Below, piece by piece: positions 1 to 12,902 of a stretch of DNA of 64,000 nucleotides. Origin of the DNA: Chromatiales bacterium (GTDB lineage Bacteria > Pseudomonadota > Gammaproteobacteria > RBG-16-57-12); NCBI GenBank assembly GCA_026989455.1, contig JALSJH010000009.1, positions 33,401-97,400 of the forward strand, given 5' to 3'. The first letter of the stretch is position 1. Every line of letters begins with the position of its first letter. The notes beneath the pieces were generated by a model, which was given only the letters and a program-made list of their open reading frames with translations, did no database searches and was not told the DNA's origin. Made by a program: the position numbers and the translations under genes.

Positions 1-296
1 AACGCACCGTATTTAAGTGCTTGTACTGCCGACTCGACGTTGCCGTGAGCGGTGATTACCGCACACGGCATCTCCGGGGCTTTCAGTTGCAGGTGCTCTA
101 CTAGGCTGAGTCCATTGCCATCGGGTAGCCGCATATCGGTGAGGCAGATATGGAATTTATGTTTTTGTAGCAGGTTGTAAGCCTCTTTGAGTGTGGCGGC
201 GGTGAAGGATTCGATGCCCATGCGCCCTAGGGTCAGCATCATCAGTTCACGAATGTCGGGTTCATCATCAACAATTAAGGCTAGGTGGTTGCTCAT
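1..296 (-). CDS. pilR: Sigma54-dependent response regulator PilR, 5' part only (runs off the window start)
   Basis: Hand translation from ATG at 296: MSNHLALIVDDEPDIRELMMLTLGRMG...CLTDMRLPDGNGL...VITAHGNVESAVQALKYGA, an NtrC-type receiver domain. ATGA overlap with the pilS stop. Confidence 0.85.
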   Translation of the reverse strand, partial: MSNHLALIVDDEPDIRELMMLTLGRMGIESFTAATLKEAYNLLQKHKFHICLTDMRLPDGNGLSLVEHLQLKAPEMPCAVITAHGNVESAVQALKYGA

Positions 297-1891
297 AGTC
301 TCTGCTGTGTGGTGTCCAGGTTGCTGAAGGTGATTCGGAAGCGAGCGCCGCTGTTACTCTTTATATAGTCTAGCGTTGCATGATTGCATTCGCATAATTC
401 TCTCGCAATGTAGAGGCCGAGTCCAGTGCCGCTGTTTTCTGTGGTGTAGAAGGGTTCGAAGATGTGTTCTGCATCCGCTGGGCTAATGCCGGGGCCATGG
501 TCCTCTATATCGAGATAGGGGCGCTGGTGGGCGGGTGATATGCCATAGTGCAGCTCTACTTTAGGAGCCTTGGGGTAGTTACGGCTGTGGTGTATGGCGT
601 TATTGCAGAGGTTGGAGACGATCTGGTAGAGGTGGGTTGGATCCACGGCGATGGTTTCACTGCTGTTGATGTGGATTGCAATATCGTTGGTGTCGATTTG
701 GTTGCTGCTGGTGAGCTCGTCTAAAAAGCTTGCGAGCCACTCATTCATGGCGATGGTGGTTGGCTTGAACTCTTCACGTCGGCTCAGCTGTAAAATGCTC
801 TCAATGATGGTGTTCATGCGGTTGGAGTGGTTGCTGATGATTTCGATCAGACGCTTATCCTCTTGCTCCAACGCCGGGGACTCATCCAGCAGCTGGGCGG
901 CGTGGCTGATGGCCCCCAGCGGGTTGCGGATTTCATGGGCAATGCTGGCAGTTAGCTGGCCAAGGGAGGCGAGCTTAAGGTGTTGGACCCGCTGGGAGAG
1001 GGCGGAGCTGTCTTCTAGGAAAATAATGGTGCCGTGTTCTACTTGGCTGCCCAACAGCTTGAAGTGGGCGCTTATTTCCGTGCTGTTTTGTGCTGTTTTG
1101 AAAGGGCTGTCGGGCTGCTGCTTTGTCTCTGCCCAGTGCTGGTAGTGATGCTGTAACGAATCGGATAGCTGGTTGAGTTGGCTGCTTTTGTTCGGCTGCC
1201 CCAAGAGTTGCAAGGCGGTTTGATTGATCAGGCGGACCTGTTGGTTGTTGTCGATCACCAGAACACCCGACTGTAATAGCTGCATGACATGTTGATTCAG
1301 CTGCGCGAGATTGGCCAGATCGATGCCTCGCTGTTCGGCCAGCTGTTCGCTCTCTTTTAATCGGCGGTTAAGGGCGGCGCTGAGTAGGGCCACCGCAAAA
1401 AAAGTAGCGCCCAGTAGGCCAGCTTGTGTGTAGTTGACACTGATTTGGTCAATCAGCTGGCTGTAGCTTCGCTCCCCTAGAAGAGCCAGCGTGGCGAAGG
1501 AGGCGATAAAGGTGGCACCCCGTTCAGGCAGTAGTAGCGCGGTGCCGATAATGGTTATGATGAGCAGTATTTCAAGAGAACCCTCGCCACTGTTAAGGGC
1601 GTGAGTCAGTGTGGTGATGGCGATGATGTCGATGATGGCATAAAGATAGACCTGGGTGCCAAAGCGGGGCCACTGTTTGTGAATGGCGATTGAGCTGGCC
1701 ACCGAAAAGAGTAGGAACAGCAGGCTGGCATTTTGGAAGAGCGCTGAGTGCGTTGTCTGCAGGGTGCTATTTGCGGTGGGAAGTAGCGTTAATCCGAAAA
1801 GTGTTGTTGCCAGTATGATGCGGAAGATGTTGAACAGGCGCAGGGTGCGCCAGCGATCTGTTTGCGATGGCGCTATTGCCGGGTGAGGCAC
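293..1891 (-). CDS. pilS: Sensor histidine kinase PilS
   Basis: About six N-terminal TM helices, PAS-like region, H-box LASLGQLTASIAHEIRNPLGAISHAAQLL, G-boxes (DHGPGI, GTGLGLY). Lies directly upstream of pilR. Confidence 0.88.
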   Translation of the reverse strand: MPHPAIAPSQTDRWRTLRLFNIFRIILATTLFGLTLLPTANSTLQTTHSALFQNASLLFLLFSVASSIAIHKQWPRFGTQVYLYAIIDIIAITTLTHALNSGEGSLEILLIITIIGTALLLPERGATFIASFATLALLGERSYSQLIDQISVNYTQAGLLGATFFAVALLSAALNRRLKESEQLAEQRGIDLANLAQLNQHVMQLLQSGVLVIDNNQQVRLINQTALQLLGQPNKSSQLNQLSDSLQHHYQHWAETKQQPDSPFKTAQNSTEISAHFKLLGSQVEHGTIIFLEDSSALSQRVQHLKLASLGQLTASIAHEIRNPLGAISHAAQLLDESPALEQEDKRLIEIISNHSNRMNTIIESILQLSRREEFKPTTIAMNEWLASFLDELTSSNQIDTNDIAIHINSSETIAVDPTHLYQIVSNLCNNAIHHSRNYPKAPKVELHYGISPAHQRPYLDIEDHGPGISPADAEHIFEPFYTTENSGTGLGLYIARELCECNHATLDYIKSNSGARFRITFSNLDTTQQRL

Positions 1892-2892
1892 TAGTAGCGA
1901 CGTCCCACGCTAAAATCAAGCAGCTGATTAAGTGCGCCGCGAAACGGAGAGTCAGGCAGGTGAGTGAGTGATTCTCTGGCAACTCCAGCTTGGCGCTGGG
2001 CGATTTCAGCGGTGTAGTCGATTGCCCCAGTTGCAGTGATCGCTTCACTCACTTGGTCAATTAAACTGCGGTCACCATTAATGATGGCGTTGCGAATAGT
2101 CTCCCGCTGTTGTTCGGTGCCAGTGCGCATGGCATATATCAAGGGGAGGGTGGGCTTGCCTTCGGCGAGGTCGTCGCCTACATTTTTGCCCATCTCTTCA
2201 GCGGTGGCGCTGTAATCCAGTACATCATCTACCAATTGATAAGCGATGCCTAGGTGCAGGCCAAAATCAGCCATCGCTTTCTCTTGTGCTGGGGTGCTGT
2301 TGCTGACCACTGCGCCCAGTTGTGTTGCTGCTTCAAATAGTTTGGCTGTCTTGCAGCGGTTGGCCGCCATATAGCGCTCTTCGCTGGTGTCTGGGTTGCG
2401 GCTGTTGAGTAGCTGCATCACCTCACCCTCAGCAATAGTGTTGGTGGTGTGAGACATGATCTCCATAACGCGCATACGGTTGAGCGATACCATCATTTCA
2501 AAGGCGCGGGAGTAGAGGAAGTCGCCCACCAATACGCTGGCCTGGTCACCCCAGATGGCATTGGCGGTTTCTGAGCCGCGACGCAGCAGCGAGCTGTCTA
2601 CCACATCATCGTGCAGCAGTGTGGCGGTATGAATGAACTCGACAATGGTCGCCAGGTTGATATGCTCGCTGCCTTGGTAGCCAAGGGCGCGAGCAGTCAG
2701 CAGCAGCAGCATTGGGCGCAGACGTTTGCCACCGCTATTTATAATGTGGTGGCCCAGCTGGTTGATGAGTGCAACATCAGAGTGCAGGCTATCTGTGATC
2801 AGTTGATCAACCGAATGGCGCTCCTCTTCGATTAGCGCCTGTATTTCAGTTAGCTCACGATCGTGCTGTTTTATGGTAAGTGTGTCAGACAT
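1891..2892 (-). CDS. ispB: Octaprenyl diphosphate synthase
   Basis: GGKRLRP, HTATLLHDDVVD and QLVDDVLD motifs. Divergent from rplU as usual. Confidence 0.95.
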   Translation of the reverse strand: MSDTLTIKQHDRELTEIQALIEEERHSVDQLITDSLHSDVALINQLGHHIINSGGKRLRPMLLLLTARALGYQGSEHINLATIVEFIHTATLLHDDVVDSSLLRRGSETANAIWGDQASVLVGDFLYSRAFEMMVSLNRMRVMEIMSHTTNTIAEGEVMQLLNSRNPDTSEERYMAANRCKTAKLFEAATQLGAVVSNSTPAQEKAMADFGLHLGIAYQLVDDVLDYSATAEEMGKNVGDDLAEGKPTLPLIYAMRTGTEQQRETIRNAIINGDRSLIDQVSEAITATGAIDYTAEIAQRQAGVARESLTHLPDSPFRGALNQLLDFSVGRRY

Positions 2893-3031
2893 TAAAATAT
2901 ATTCATAATCTGGCTGTTGTTTGAGTCGATAAATCTACCTTGCCCAATCTCAGGATGCAAACGCTATCGCATTTATTCTGTGATTTTGAATGGGGTTTTA
3001 CCCTGATGATGAATTATATAGCGTAAATAAT

Positions 3032-3060
3032 TTGACGGCTGTGGCAGATGTGGTTAAACT
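3032..3060 (+). promoter_or_regulatory. Sigma70 promoter for rplU-rpmA
   Basis: TTGACG-N17-TAAACT. Confidence 0.6.
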
Positions 3061-3146
3061 TTGCCGCCTCGAATACGTATGGTTTATAAGTTTACGCATT
3101 GCGCAGCCTAATTGAGGTGGTGCGGGTGCAGAGTTGGAGATTTAAC

Positions 3147-3458
3147 ATGTACGCTGTAATCAAGACCGGCGGAAAGCAATATAAAGTATCTGAAGGCGAA
3201 ACCCTGAAGATTGAAAAACTGACTGCTGAGGTAGGTGGTACAGTGGCATTTGATGACGTTTTACTGGTTGCCGACGGTGAAGATATCAAAGTGGGCACCC
3301 CTCGAGTAGAGGGTGGCAAGGTAAGTGCTACTGTGGTTTCCCATGGTCGCGGCAAGAAAGTGATGATTATCAAGTTCAAGCGCCGTAAGCACTACCGTAA
3401 GCAGGCGGGTCATCGCCAGTCATATACTGAGGTCCAGATTACCGGAATCTCGGCTTAA
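3147..3458 (+). CDS. rplU: 50S ribosomal protein L21
   Basis: [14 protein letters not shown]...GHRQSYT. Start moved to ATG 3147, which follows a GGAG RBS. Confidence 0.97.
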   Translation: MYAVIKTGGKQYKVSEGETLKIEKLTAEVGGTVAFDDVLLVADGEDIKVGTPRVEGGKVSATVVSHGRGKKVMIIKFKRRKHYRKQAGHRQSYTEVQITGISA

Positions 3459-3480
3459 CTAATTTGTAAGGGGTTTAGCA

Positions 3481-3738
3481 ATGGCACATAAGAAAGCGGG
3501 TGGTAGTACTCGTAACGGTCGCGATTCTGTCTCCAAACGCTTGGGTGTCAAGCGTTTTGGCGGTCAAGTGGTGGCTGCTGGTAACATTCTGATCCGTCAG
3601 CGTGGCACACATTTCCACCCGGGTCTGAATGTCGGCATTGGTAAAGATGATACACTTTTTGCAAAGGCAGATGGTCGTGTTGTTTTTGAAGTGAAAGGCC
3701 CTAAAAATCGCAAGTTTGTGAGCGTATTGGCGGCTTAG
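3481..3738 (+). CDS. rpmA: 50S ribosomal protein L27
   Basis: [16 protein letters not shown]. Confidence 0.98.
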   Translation: MAHKKAGGSTRNGRDSVSKRLGVKRFGGQVVAAGNILIRQRGTHFHPGLNVGIGKDDTLFAKADGRVVFEVKGPKNRKFVSVLAA

Positions 3739-3763
3739 ATAGAAAAGCGTGATTCTGAAAAAG

Positions 3764-3792
3764 AAGCCCTGCCTTTTTGGTGGGGCTTTTTT
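3764..3792 (+). terminator. Intrinsic terminator after rpmA
   Basis: AAGCCCTGCC/GGTGGGGCTT stem followed by a T-run. Confidence 0.75.
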
Positions 3793-3810
3793 GTTATTTC
3801 AGCCCTATAA

Positions 3811-6019
<2,209 letters not shown>

Positions 6020-6035
6020 GCGGGGTTGTTTGCAG

Positions 6036-6070
6036 GCATAAAAAAACCCGCGATGCGGGTTTTTTTATGC
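6036..6070. terminator. Bidirectional terminator between proB and rpsT
   Basis: GCATAAAAAAACCCGC-gat-GCGGGTTTTTTTATGC between convergent genes. Confidence 0.85.
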
Positions 6071-6085
6071 GCAGCTTCTATTTTA

Positions 6086-6349
6086 CTAAGCTGCAGATTT
6101 GATGCGTGCATTGAGGCGGCTCTTGGTGCGAGCGGCTTTGTTTGCATGGATCAAGCCCTTGCGAGCGGCCTTGTCAATCGCAGGTGCTGCGGCCTTGTAA
6201 GCGCTTTCAGCGAGTGCTTTATCACCACCGTCCAGGGCTTTTAGCACTTTCTTGATGGTAGTGCGCATCTCACTGCGTTGAGAAGCGTTCAATTGACGAC
6301 TCTTCTCTGCCTGGCGGGCACGTTTTTTAGCTTGTGCTGAATTTGCCAA
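6086..6349 (-). CDS. rpsT: 30S ribosomal protein S20
   Basis: MANSAQAKKRARQAEK...HANKAAR, TTG start. Confidence 0.97.
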   Translation of the reverse strand: MANSAQAKKRARQAEKSRQLNASQRSEMRTTIKKVLKALDGGDKALAESAYKAAAPAIDKAARKGLIHANKAARTKSRLNARIKSAA

Positions 6350-6406
6350 AGGTCTACTCCTAAAATTTTCCGTTGAATATTGTTCGATCGATACCGAAGG
6401 TCGGCT

Positions 6407-6435
6407 AATATGCGTCCTTTTTACTGGTTTGTCAA
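6407..6435 (-). promoter_or_regulatory. Sigma70 promoter for rpsT
   Basis: Minus strand TTGACA-N17-CATATT. Confidence 0.65.
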
Positions 6436-6702
6436 CGTTGTCACCGATTTTTTATCCCTACCCCCTGGATGGGAATGAGAGGTAATTTGTAACATATTGA
6501 TTTAACAGCAAAACAAAAAACAGGAGCCGCGTCTATTGGTTCGGCGCTATTTTTTGTTTTGCTATGGGATCAAGCGCTTGTGCAACATATCATGTCTCTA
6601 TCCGGGGGTTTGGGATTATCATCACCATCGATAAATTGATGGAGTCTGGTATCGTATAGGCTGTTTTTATTCAATGCCCAATCTATTTTATAAGGCTAAC
6701 AA

Positions 6703-8283
6703 GTGAGTTTGAAGCTTCTGCGTTCTGCGGCGACAGTGAGTGCTGTGACGATGATATCCCGGGTGCTCGGTTTTGTGCGGGATATATTGATCGCACGCCT
6801 TTTCGGCGCGGATGCAGGTACCGATGCCTTCTTGGTGGCGTTTAAAATCCCCAATTTTTTACGTCGACTGTTTGCTGAAGGGGCATTCTCCCAAGCCTTT
6901 ATTCCCGTGTTATCCGAATACAAGGAGGCGCGAGGCAAAGAGGCGGTGCGTGAGTTGGTGCAGCGTACCGCAGGTACGCTGGGTGGTGTGCTTTTTCTGG
7001 TGAGTCTGCTGGGTGTGATTGCGGCACCCCTGCTGATTTTACTGTTTGCACCGGGTTTTGCCGGTGATGAGTATAAGCATGGGCTCGCGTCAGATATGTT
7101 GATGCTGACTTTCCCCTATATCTTTTTTATCTCGCTGGTGGCGCTGGCTGGTGGGGTATTAAATACCTTTGGCCGCTTTGGTGTGCCCGCGTTTACACCG
7201 GTATTCCTTAATTTGAGCCTGATTGGCTGTGCGGTATGGCTTGCTCCCCATATGCAGGAGCCAATCACCGCCCTTGCCTGGGGAGTGCTGATTGCCGGTG
7301 TTGCCCAGCTGCTATTTCAAATTCCCTTTTTGATGCGCCTCGGTGTCTTTGGACTGCCCAAATGGGGTGGCCAAGATGAGGGTGTGAAGCGGATAATGAC
7401 CTTGATGATTCCGGCCATTATTGGGGTCTCGGTAGTTCAGATTAACCTGTTGTTTGATACTATCATCGCCTCTTTTTTAGTGACCGGCAGCGTCTCGTGG
7501 CTCTACTACTCTGACCGTTTGGTAGAGTTTCCCCTGGGTGTGTTTGGCATTGCGTTGGCCACGGTGGTGTTGCCGATGCTTTCAAAACAGGTGGCCCGTG
7601 AGGATGAGAGTGGCTTTTCGGAGACTATGGATTGGTCACTGCGTTGGGTGTTTTTGATTGCGGTTCCTGCCACGCTGGGGCTGGTAATGATGGCGGGGCC
7701 GATGCTTGCGACACTGTTTTTCTATGGTGCATTTAACGAGAACGACCTTGAAATGGCGAGCTTGAGTATGATGGCATATGGCAGTGGATTGTTGGGCTTT
7801 ATTCTGGTCAAGGTGTTGGCTCCTGGGTTCTATGCTCGCCAAGATACCAAAACACCGGTGAAGATAGCGATTAAGGCGGTGTTAATTGGCATGTTGCTGA
7901 ATGTGCTATTTGTGGTGCCTATGGTGTGGTTTGATATTGCAGGTGCCCATGCCGGACTGGCGTTGGCGACAGCTTGTACAGCCTTTATCAATGCGGGCTT
8001 GCTCTATTATCTGTTACGCAAAGAGCAGATTTTTGTATTGCAAAGTGGCTGGAGAAGCTTTCTGCTGAAGGTAGCGACAGCGGCATTGGTGATGAGCGCG
8101 CTGCTCTACTTCTATTCGCCTGCACTTGAGCAGTGGATGGCGTGGGGGGGATGGCATCGTGCGGGGTGGTTGCTTTTCTGGGTAACAGCGGGCATGGCAA
8201 GCTACTTTTCAACCCTGTTATTGCTGGGTGTTCGGGTTAAAGATCTACTGGGACGGCCAAAAAACAGTGTTTCTGGCGGTTAA
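6703..8283 (+). CDS. murJ: Lipid II flippase MurJ (MviN)
   Basis: SRVLGFVRD and IPNFLRRLFAEGAFSQAF motifs, polytopic membrane protein, rpsT-murJ-ribF synteny. Confidence 0.96.
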   Translation: MSLKLLRSAATVSAVTMISRVLGFVRDILIARLFGADAGTDAFLVAFKIPNFLRRLFAEGAFSQAFIPVLSEYKEARGKEAVRELVQRTAGTLGGVLFLVSLLGVIAAPLLILLFAPGFAGDEYKHGLASDMLMLTFPYIFFISLVALAGGVLNTFGRFGVPAFTPVFLNLSLIGCAVWLAPHMQEPITALAWGVLIAGVAQLLFQIPFLMRLGVFGLPKWGGQDEGVKRIMTLMIPAIIGVSVVQINLLFDTIIASFLVTGSVSWLYYSDRLVEFPLGVFGIALATVVLPMLSKQVAREDESGFSETMDWSLRWVFLIAVPATLGLVMMAGPMLATLFFYGAFNENDLEMASLSMMAYGSGLLGFILVKVLAPGFYARQDTKTPVKIAIKAVLIGMLLNVLFVVPMVWFDIAGAHAGLALATACTAFINAGLLYYLLRKEQIFVLQSGWRSFLLKVATAALVMSALLYFYSPALEQWMAWGGWHRAGWLLFWVTAGMASYFSTLLLLGVRVKDLLGRPKNSVSGG

Positions 8284-8363
8284 AGTGACGCGGGGGGTTA
8301 AGTTGTAGTGGCTGCTGCTGTTATACTCGCTCCTTTCTTTTTATATAGGTCTCGTTTAAGTAT

Positions 8364-9317
8364 ATGGAGCTGATTCGTGGATTACATAATCTACGTGACC
8401 GACATCGCGGTTGCGTGTTAACGATTGGTAATTTTGATGGCGTGCACCTTGGTCACCAATCGGTGTTGGGGCGCTTGGCTGAAAAAGCGGCTGAGCTGGA
8501 CCTGCCCGCAGTGGTGATGATTTTTGAACCCCAGCCACAAGAGTTTTTTGCGCCTAGTGATGCCCCAGCGCGGTTGAATCGACTGCGTGAAAAATTGATG
8601 TCATTTACACGCTTCGCTGTCGACCGGGTGGTCTGCATTCATTTTGATCAGCGATTCTCTGAAATGACAGCTGAGCAGTTTATTGATCTGCTGGTGCATA
8701 AGCTGGGTGTGCGTTATCTGGTAGTGGGTGATGATTTTCGTTTTGGACACCAACGCCGAGGGGACTTTTCAATGTTGCAGAGTGCTGGACGTGATCATGG
8801 CTTTGATGTGGTCAATATGCACACCTGTAATATTGATCAGAGCCGCATTAGCAGCACCCGTCTGCGAGACTCTTTGCAGCAGGGCGACCTGCAAAAGGCC
8901 AAAAAGTTGTTAGGTCGCCCCTATCGAATCTGTGGGCGTATTGCCCATGGCGATAAACGTGGTCGCCAATTGGGGTTTCCCACAGCAAACGTGCATCTGC
9001 ACCGTATTTCAGTGCCGCTGCAAGGGGTGTTTGCGGTGGAGGTGTTCGGCCTTGAGGGAGAACCATTGGCCGGTGTGGCCAATATCGGTACCCGTCCCAC
9101 GGTGGGTGGTGGTTGCCAACCGATTTTAGAGATACATCTGCTGGACTTCTCCCGGGAGATCTACGGGCGTTATGTCCAAGTTGATATTTTGTGCAAAATA
9201 CGCCAAGAGCAGCGTTTTGAATCACTGGATGCGTTGAAAGCGCAGATTGATTGTGATGTCACTACGGCAAAAACATTTTTTAGTAACCATCACCAGCCTG
9301 TTGAGCTGGGCGCATAA
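8364..9317 (+). CDS. ribF: Riboflavin kinase / FAD synthetase
   Basis: IGNFDGVHLGH, ISSTRLR and GFPTAN motifs. Confidence 0.97.
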   Translation: MELIRGLHNLRDRHRGCVLTIGNFDGVHLGHQSVLGRLAEKAAELDLPAVVMIFEPQPQEFFAPSDAPARLNRLREKLMSFTRFAVDRVVCIHFDQRFSEMTAEQFIDLLVHKLGVRYLVVGDDFRFGHQRRGDFSMLQSAGRDHGFDVVNMHTCNIDQSRISSTRLRDSLQQGDLQKAKKLLGRPYRICGRIAHGDKRGRQLGFPTANVHLHRISVPLQGVFAVEVFGLEGEPLAGVANIGTRPTVGGGCQPILEIHLLDFSREIYGRYVQVDILCKIRQEQRFESLDALKAQIDCDVTTAKTFFSNHHQPVELGA

Positions 9318-9338
9318 AGCGTTAAAAGAGAGACGGAT

Positions 9339-12158
9339 GTGAGCGACTATAAAGCAACCTTGAATTTACCAAAAACAGATTTCCCGATGCGGGGTAATCT
9401 GGCTAATCGTGAGCCTGAGTTCCTTAAGCGCTGGGCGGCTCAGGATCTCTATGCCAAGCAGCGATCTGCCGGGCAAGGGCGACCTCAATTTATTCTGCAT
9501 GATGGCCCGCCCTATGCGAATGGCAATATTCATATTGGTCATGCGGTTAATAAGGTGCTGAAAGATATTATTATCAAATCAAAGGTGATGAGCGGCTTTG
9601 ATGCCCCTTTTGTGCCGGGCTGGGACTGCCATGGTTTGCCGATTGAGTTAATGGTTGAAAAGAAGGTGGGTAAAGCGGGCCACAAAGTAGATGCGAAAAC
9701 TTTCCGCCAGAAGTGCCGTGAGTATGCAGCCAAGCAGGTGAATGGCCAGCGTGAAGATTTCAAACGTCTGGGTATCTTTGCCGAGTGGGAGAACCCCTAT
9801 CTGACCATGGACTTCAAATTTGAAGCCGATATTATCCGCGCGCTGGGCAAGATTGTTGAGAATGGCCATCTGCACAAAGGCTCCAAGCCGGTTCACTGGT
9901 GTGTCGACTGCGGCTCTGCACTGGCGGAGGCTGAGGTGGAGTATGAAGATAAAACTTCGCCGGCAATTGATGTGCGCTTTAGTGTGGTCGACGATGCCGA
10001 CTTTTTGAGTCGCTGTAGCCATGTGGAGGGTCATGAGGGGCATGGCGTAATATCTACGGTTATTTGGACCACAACACCGTGGACATTGCCCGCCAATCAG
10101 GCGGTCTCACTTAATCCCGAGTTTGAATATGCGGTGGTACAGACACCCAATGAGCGACTGCTGCTGGCAGAGAGCTTGCTGAAAGATGTGATGGCTCGTT
10201 ATGAGATCGATGAGTACCGTGTGATTGCATATTGCAAGGGATCTGATTTAGAGGGTATTAAGTTACAACACCCCTTCAGCGATCGCGAAGTACCGATTAT
10301 TGTGGGTGATCATGTGACATCTGAGGCGGGCACCGGCGCGGTGCATACCGCACCGGGACATGGCCAGGATGATTATGTGGTGGCATCACGGTATGGGCTG
10401 GCGGTGGTTAATCCGGTGGGTGGAGATGGTAAGTTCTTGCCGGATACCGAGCACTTTGCCGGGCAGCATGTTTTTAAGGCCAATGACAGCGTATTGGAGC
10501 TGTTAAAAGCGAAGGGGAAGTTGATACGTGCAGAGGCAATACGCCATAGCTATCCCCACTGCTGGCGACACAAAACACCGATTATTTTTCGCGCTACTCC
10601 ACAGTGGTTTATCAGTATGCAGCAAAATGGCCTGCGTGATACCGCGCAAGCTGAAATTCAGAAAACAGAGTGGCTGCCTGAGTGGGGTAAAGCGCGTATT
10701 GAAGGAATGGTGAATAATCGCCCTGACTGGTGCATCTCCCGCCAGCGGACTTGGGGTGTGCCGATTGCGCTTTTTGTCCATAAAGAGAGCCAGGCACTGC
10801 ACCCAGATAGCGCAAAGTTGATCGAGCAGGTGGCTCTCCGGGTTGAAACGCAGGGGATCGATGGCTGGTTCGAAATGGATGCCGCGGAACTGCTGGGCGA
10901 AGAGGCAGCTCAGTATGAAAAAGTGACCGATACCCTCGATGTCTGGTTTGATTCAGGGGTGACTCACCATGCGGTGCTGGCACGTCGTGATGGGTTGGCT
11001 TATCCGGCAGATCTCTACTTGGAAGGTTCAGACCAGCACCGTGGTTGGTTTCAGTCATCACTGCTGACCTCTGTGGCTATTAATGGCCAAGCTCCCTATA
11101 AATCGGTGCTGACTCACGGCTTTACTGTGGATGCTAAAGGGCAGAAGATGTCCAAGTCCAAGGGTAATGTGGTCGCACCTCAAAAAGTGGTTAATAACCT
11201 GGGTGCCGACGTATTGCGCTTGTGGGTTGCGGCGACGGATTACCGTGGTGAAATGACCGTCTCCGATGAGATTCTCAAACGCACCTCAGACACTTACCGC
11301 CGAATCCGTAACACCGCACGCTTTCTGCTGGCTAATTTGAATGGCTTTGATCCAGCAACCGATAAGCTGCAACCCTCAGAGATGATTGCTCTGGATCGCT
11401 GGGTGATTGAGCGTACAGCACAGCTCCAACTCGAGCTGCAGGATGCTTACAATAAATATGAGTTTCATCACATCTACCAGAAAGTACAAAACTTCTGCTC
11501 AGTAGATATGGGTTCATTCTATCTGGATGTGGTGAAAGATCGCCAATACACCACCCAGGCAGACTCTATCGCTCGCCGCAGCTGTCAGACTGCACTCTAT
11601 CATGTGGTTGAGGCGCTCTCTCGCTGGCTGGCACCGATTTTAAGCTTTACCGCCGAGGAGATTTATCAGCACATTCCCGGTAAACGCAGTGAGAGTGTCT
11701 TTCTGGAGCAGTGGTATTGTCTGCCTGAGACGGGTGAACAGGCGATGGACAGTGAATTCTGGAGCCAGGTGATTGCCATCCGAGTAGCGGTGACTAAGGC
11801 GCTGGAGCCATTGCGTGAATCGAAAGCGATAGGCTCATCACTGGATGCTGAGGTTGACCTCTACTGTGGTCGCGAAATCTATGATCGACTCGCCTTGCTG
11901 GATGATGAGCTTCGCTTCGCGTTGATCACCTCCTATGCGCGTATTCACACCACAGAGACCATACCCAGCCACTCAACCCACATTACGTTAGAGAGCAATG
12001 ATGAGCTGTGGATTGTGACGAAAGCATCGACACACGCCAAATGCGGGCGCTGCTGGCACCACCGTGAAGAGGTCGGCAGCCATGCTGAACACCCCGAGCT
12101 GTGCAGCCGCTGTATTGAGAACGTGGCAGGCGAGGGGGAGCAGCGTCAATATGCTTAA
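9339..12158 (+). CDS. ileS: Isoleucine-tRNA ligase
   Basis: [20 protein letters not shown] and a C-terminal CGRCW...CSRC zinc finger. Confidence 0.98.
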   Translation: MSDYKATLNLPKTDFPMRGNLANREPEFLKRWAAQDLYAKQRSAGQGRPQFILHDGPPYANGNIHIGHAVNKVLKDIIIKSKVMSGFDAPFVPGWDCHGLPIELMVEKKVGKAGHKVDAKTFRQKCREYAAKQVNGQREDFKRLGIFAEWENPYLTMDFKFEADIIRALGKIVENGHLHKGSKPVHWCVDCGSALAEAEVEYEDKTSPAIDVRFSVVDDADFLSRCSHVEGHEGHGVISTVIWTTTPWTLPANQAVSLNPEFEYAVVQTPNERLLLAESLLKDVMARYEIDEYRVIAYCKGSDLEGIKLQHPFSDREVPIIVGDHVTSEAGTGAVHTAPGHGQDDYVVASRYGLAVVNPVGGDGKFLPDTEHFAGQHVFKANDSVLELLKAKGKLIRAEAIRHSYPHCWRHKTPIIFRATPQWFISMQQNGLRDTAQAEIQKTEWLPEWGKARIEGMVNNRPDWCISRQRTWGVPIALFVHKESQALHPDSAKLIEQVALRVETQGIDGWFEMDAAELLGEEAAQYEKVTDTLDVWFDSGVTHHAVLARRDGLAYPADLYLEGSDQHRGWFQSSLLTSVAINGQAPYKSVLTHGFTVDAKGQKMSKSKGNVVAPQKVVNNLGADVLRLWVAATDYRGEMTVSDEILKRTSDTYRRIRNTARFLLANLNGFDPATDKLQPSEMIALDRWVIERTAQLQLELQDAYNKYEFHHIYQKVQNFCSVDMGSFYLDVVKDRQYTTQADSIARRSCQTALYHVVEALSRWLAPILSFTAEEIYQHIPGKRSESVFLEQWYCLPETGEQAMDSEFWSQVIAIRVAVTKALEPLRESKAIGSSLDAEVDLYCGREIYDRLALLDDELRFALITSYARIHTTETIPSHSTHITLESNDELWIVTKASTHAKCGRCWHHREEVGSHAEHPELCSRCIENVAGEGEQRQYA

Positions 12159-12633
12159 GTGGTTGTGGCTAACGGCACTGATTTTTACGCTGGATCTGGC
12201 GACTAAGTTTTGGGTCTCCAGCACTCTGTCGCTTTATGAGGTGATTCCGGTGACCTCCTTTTTCAATATCGTACTGGCACACAATAGTGGCGCCGCTTTT
12301 AGTTTTTTGGCCGATGCCGGTGGCTGGCAACGCTGGTTTTTTACCGCTATTGCGCTGCTGGTCAGTGTGGTGATTGTGGTGTGGCTTAAACGCCTTCCGG
12401 TTAATGAAAAGCTTCAGGCGGTCGGACTGGCATCTATACTCGGTGGTGCGCTGGGCAATGTCTTTGATCGGATTGCACACGGCTACGTGGTGGATTTCCT
12501 CGATTTTCACTATAAAAGCTACCACTGGCCCGCCTTTAATGTGGCCGACATGGCGATTATGATGGGTGCCGCTCTACTTATTTGGCACACTATTTTTTGT
12601 TCGCAGGAAGTTGGAAAGTCTGAGGTTAAATGA
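12151..12633 (+). CDS. lspA: Lipoprotein signal peptidase II
   Basis: [24 protein letters not shown] and WPAFNVAD motifs. Start at ATG 12151 overlaps the ileS end. Confidence 0.95.
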   Translation: MLKWLWLTALIFTLDLATKFWVSSTLSLYEVIPVTSFFNIVLAHNSGAAFSFLADAGGWQRWFFTAIALLVSVVIVVWLKRLPVNEKLQAVGLASILGGALGNVFDRIAHGYVVDFLDFHYKSYHWPAFNVADMAIMMGAALLIWHTIFCSQEVGKSEVK

Positions 12634-12646
12634 TTTATTAGCTTCC

Positions 12647-12812
12647 CTAGGAGCCTGTCCGAGAATAGAAGATCTACTACGGAAAAGCCCTTTTGGCTCA
12701 TTTCTACGCTCATTTTCGTTAAATATGAACAACTATTTGCCTTAAATGACGAAAAAATGGACTCAAAATGGCTTTCCCTCGCTACGACCCCTATTCTCGG
12801 ACAAGCTCCTAG
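12647..12812. mobile_element. MITE-like element A (166 bp)
   Basis: 22-bp terminal inverted repeats CTAGGAGCCTGTCCGAGAATAG / CTATTCTCGGACAAGCTCCTAG (1 mismatch), CTAG at both ends, internal arms also self-complementary, non-coding. Confidence 0.8.
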
Positions 12813-12902
12813 ACAGGGGCAATGAAGTTCGAACTGTACGATGAAATGTTAGCTGAACGTGGCCAATAAGATTGTATTTTTTTTGAAATTAAAGAGGACA
12901 CT

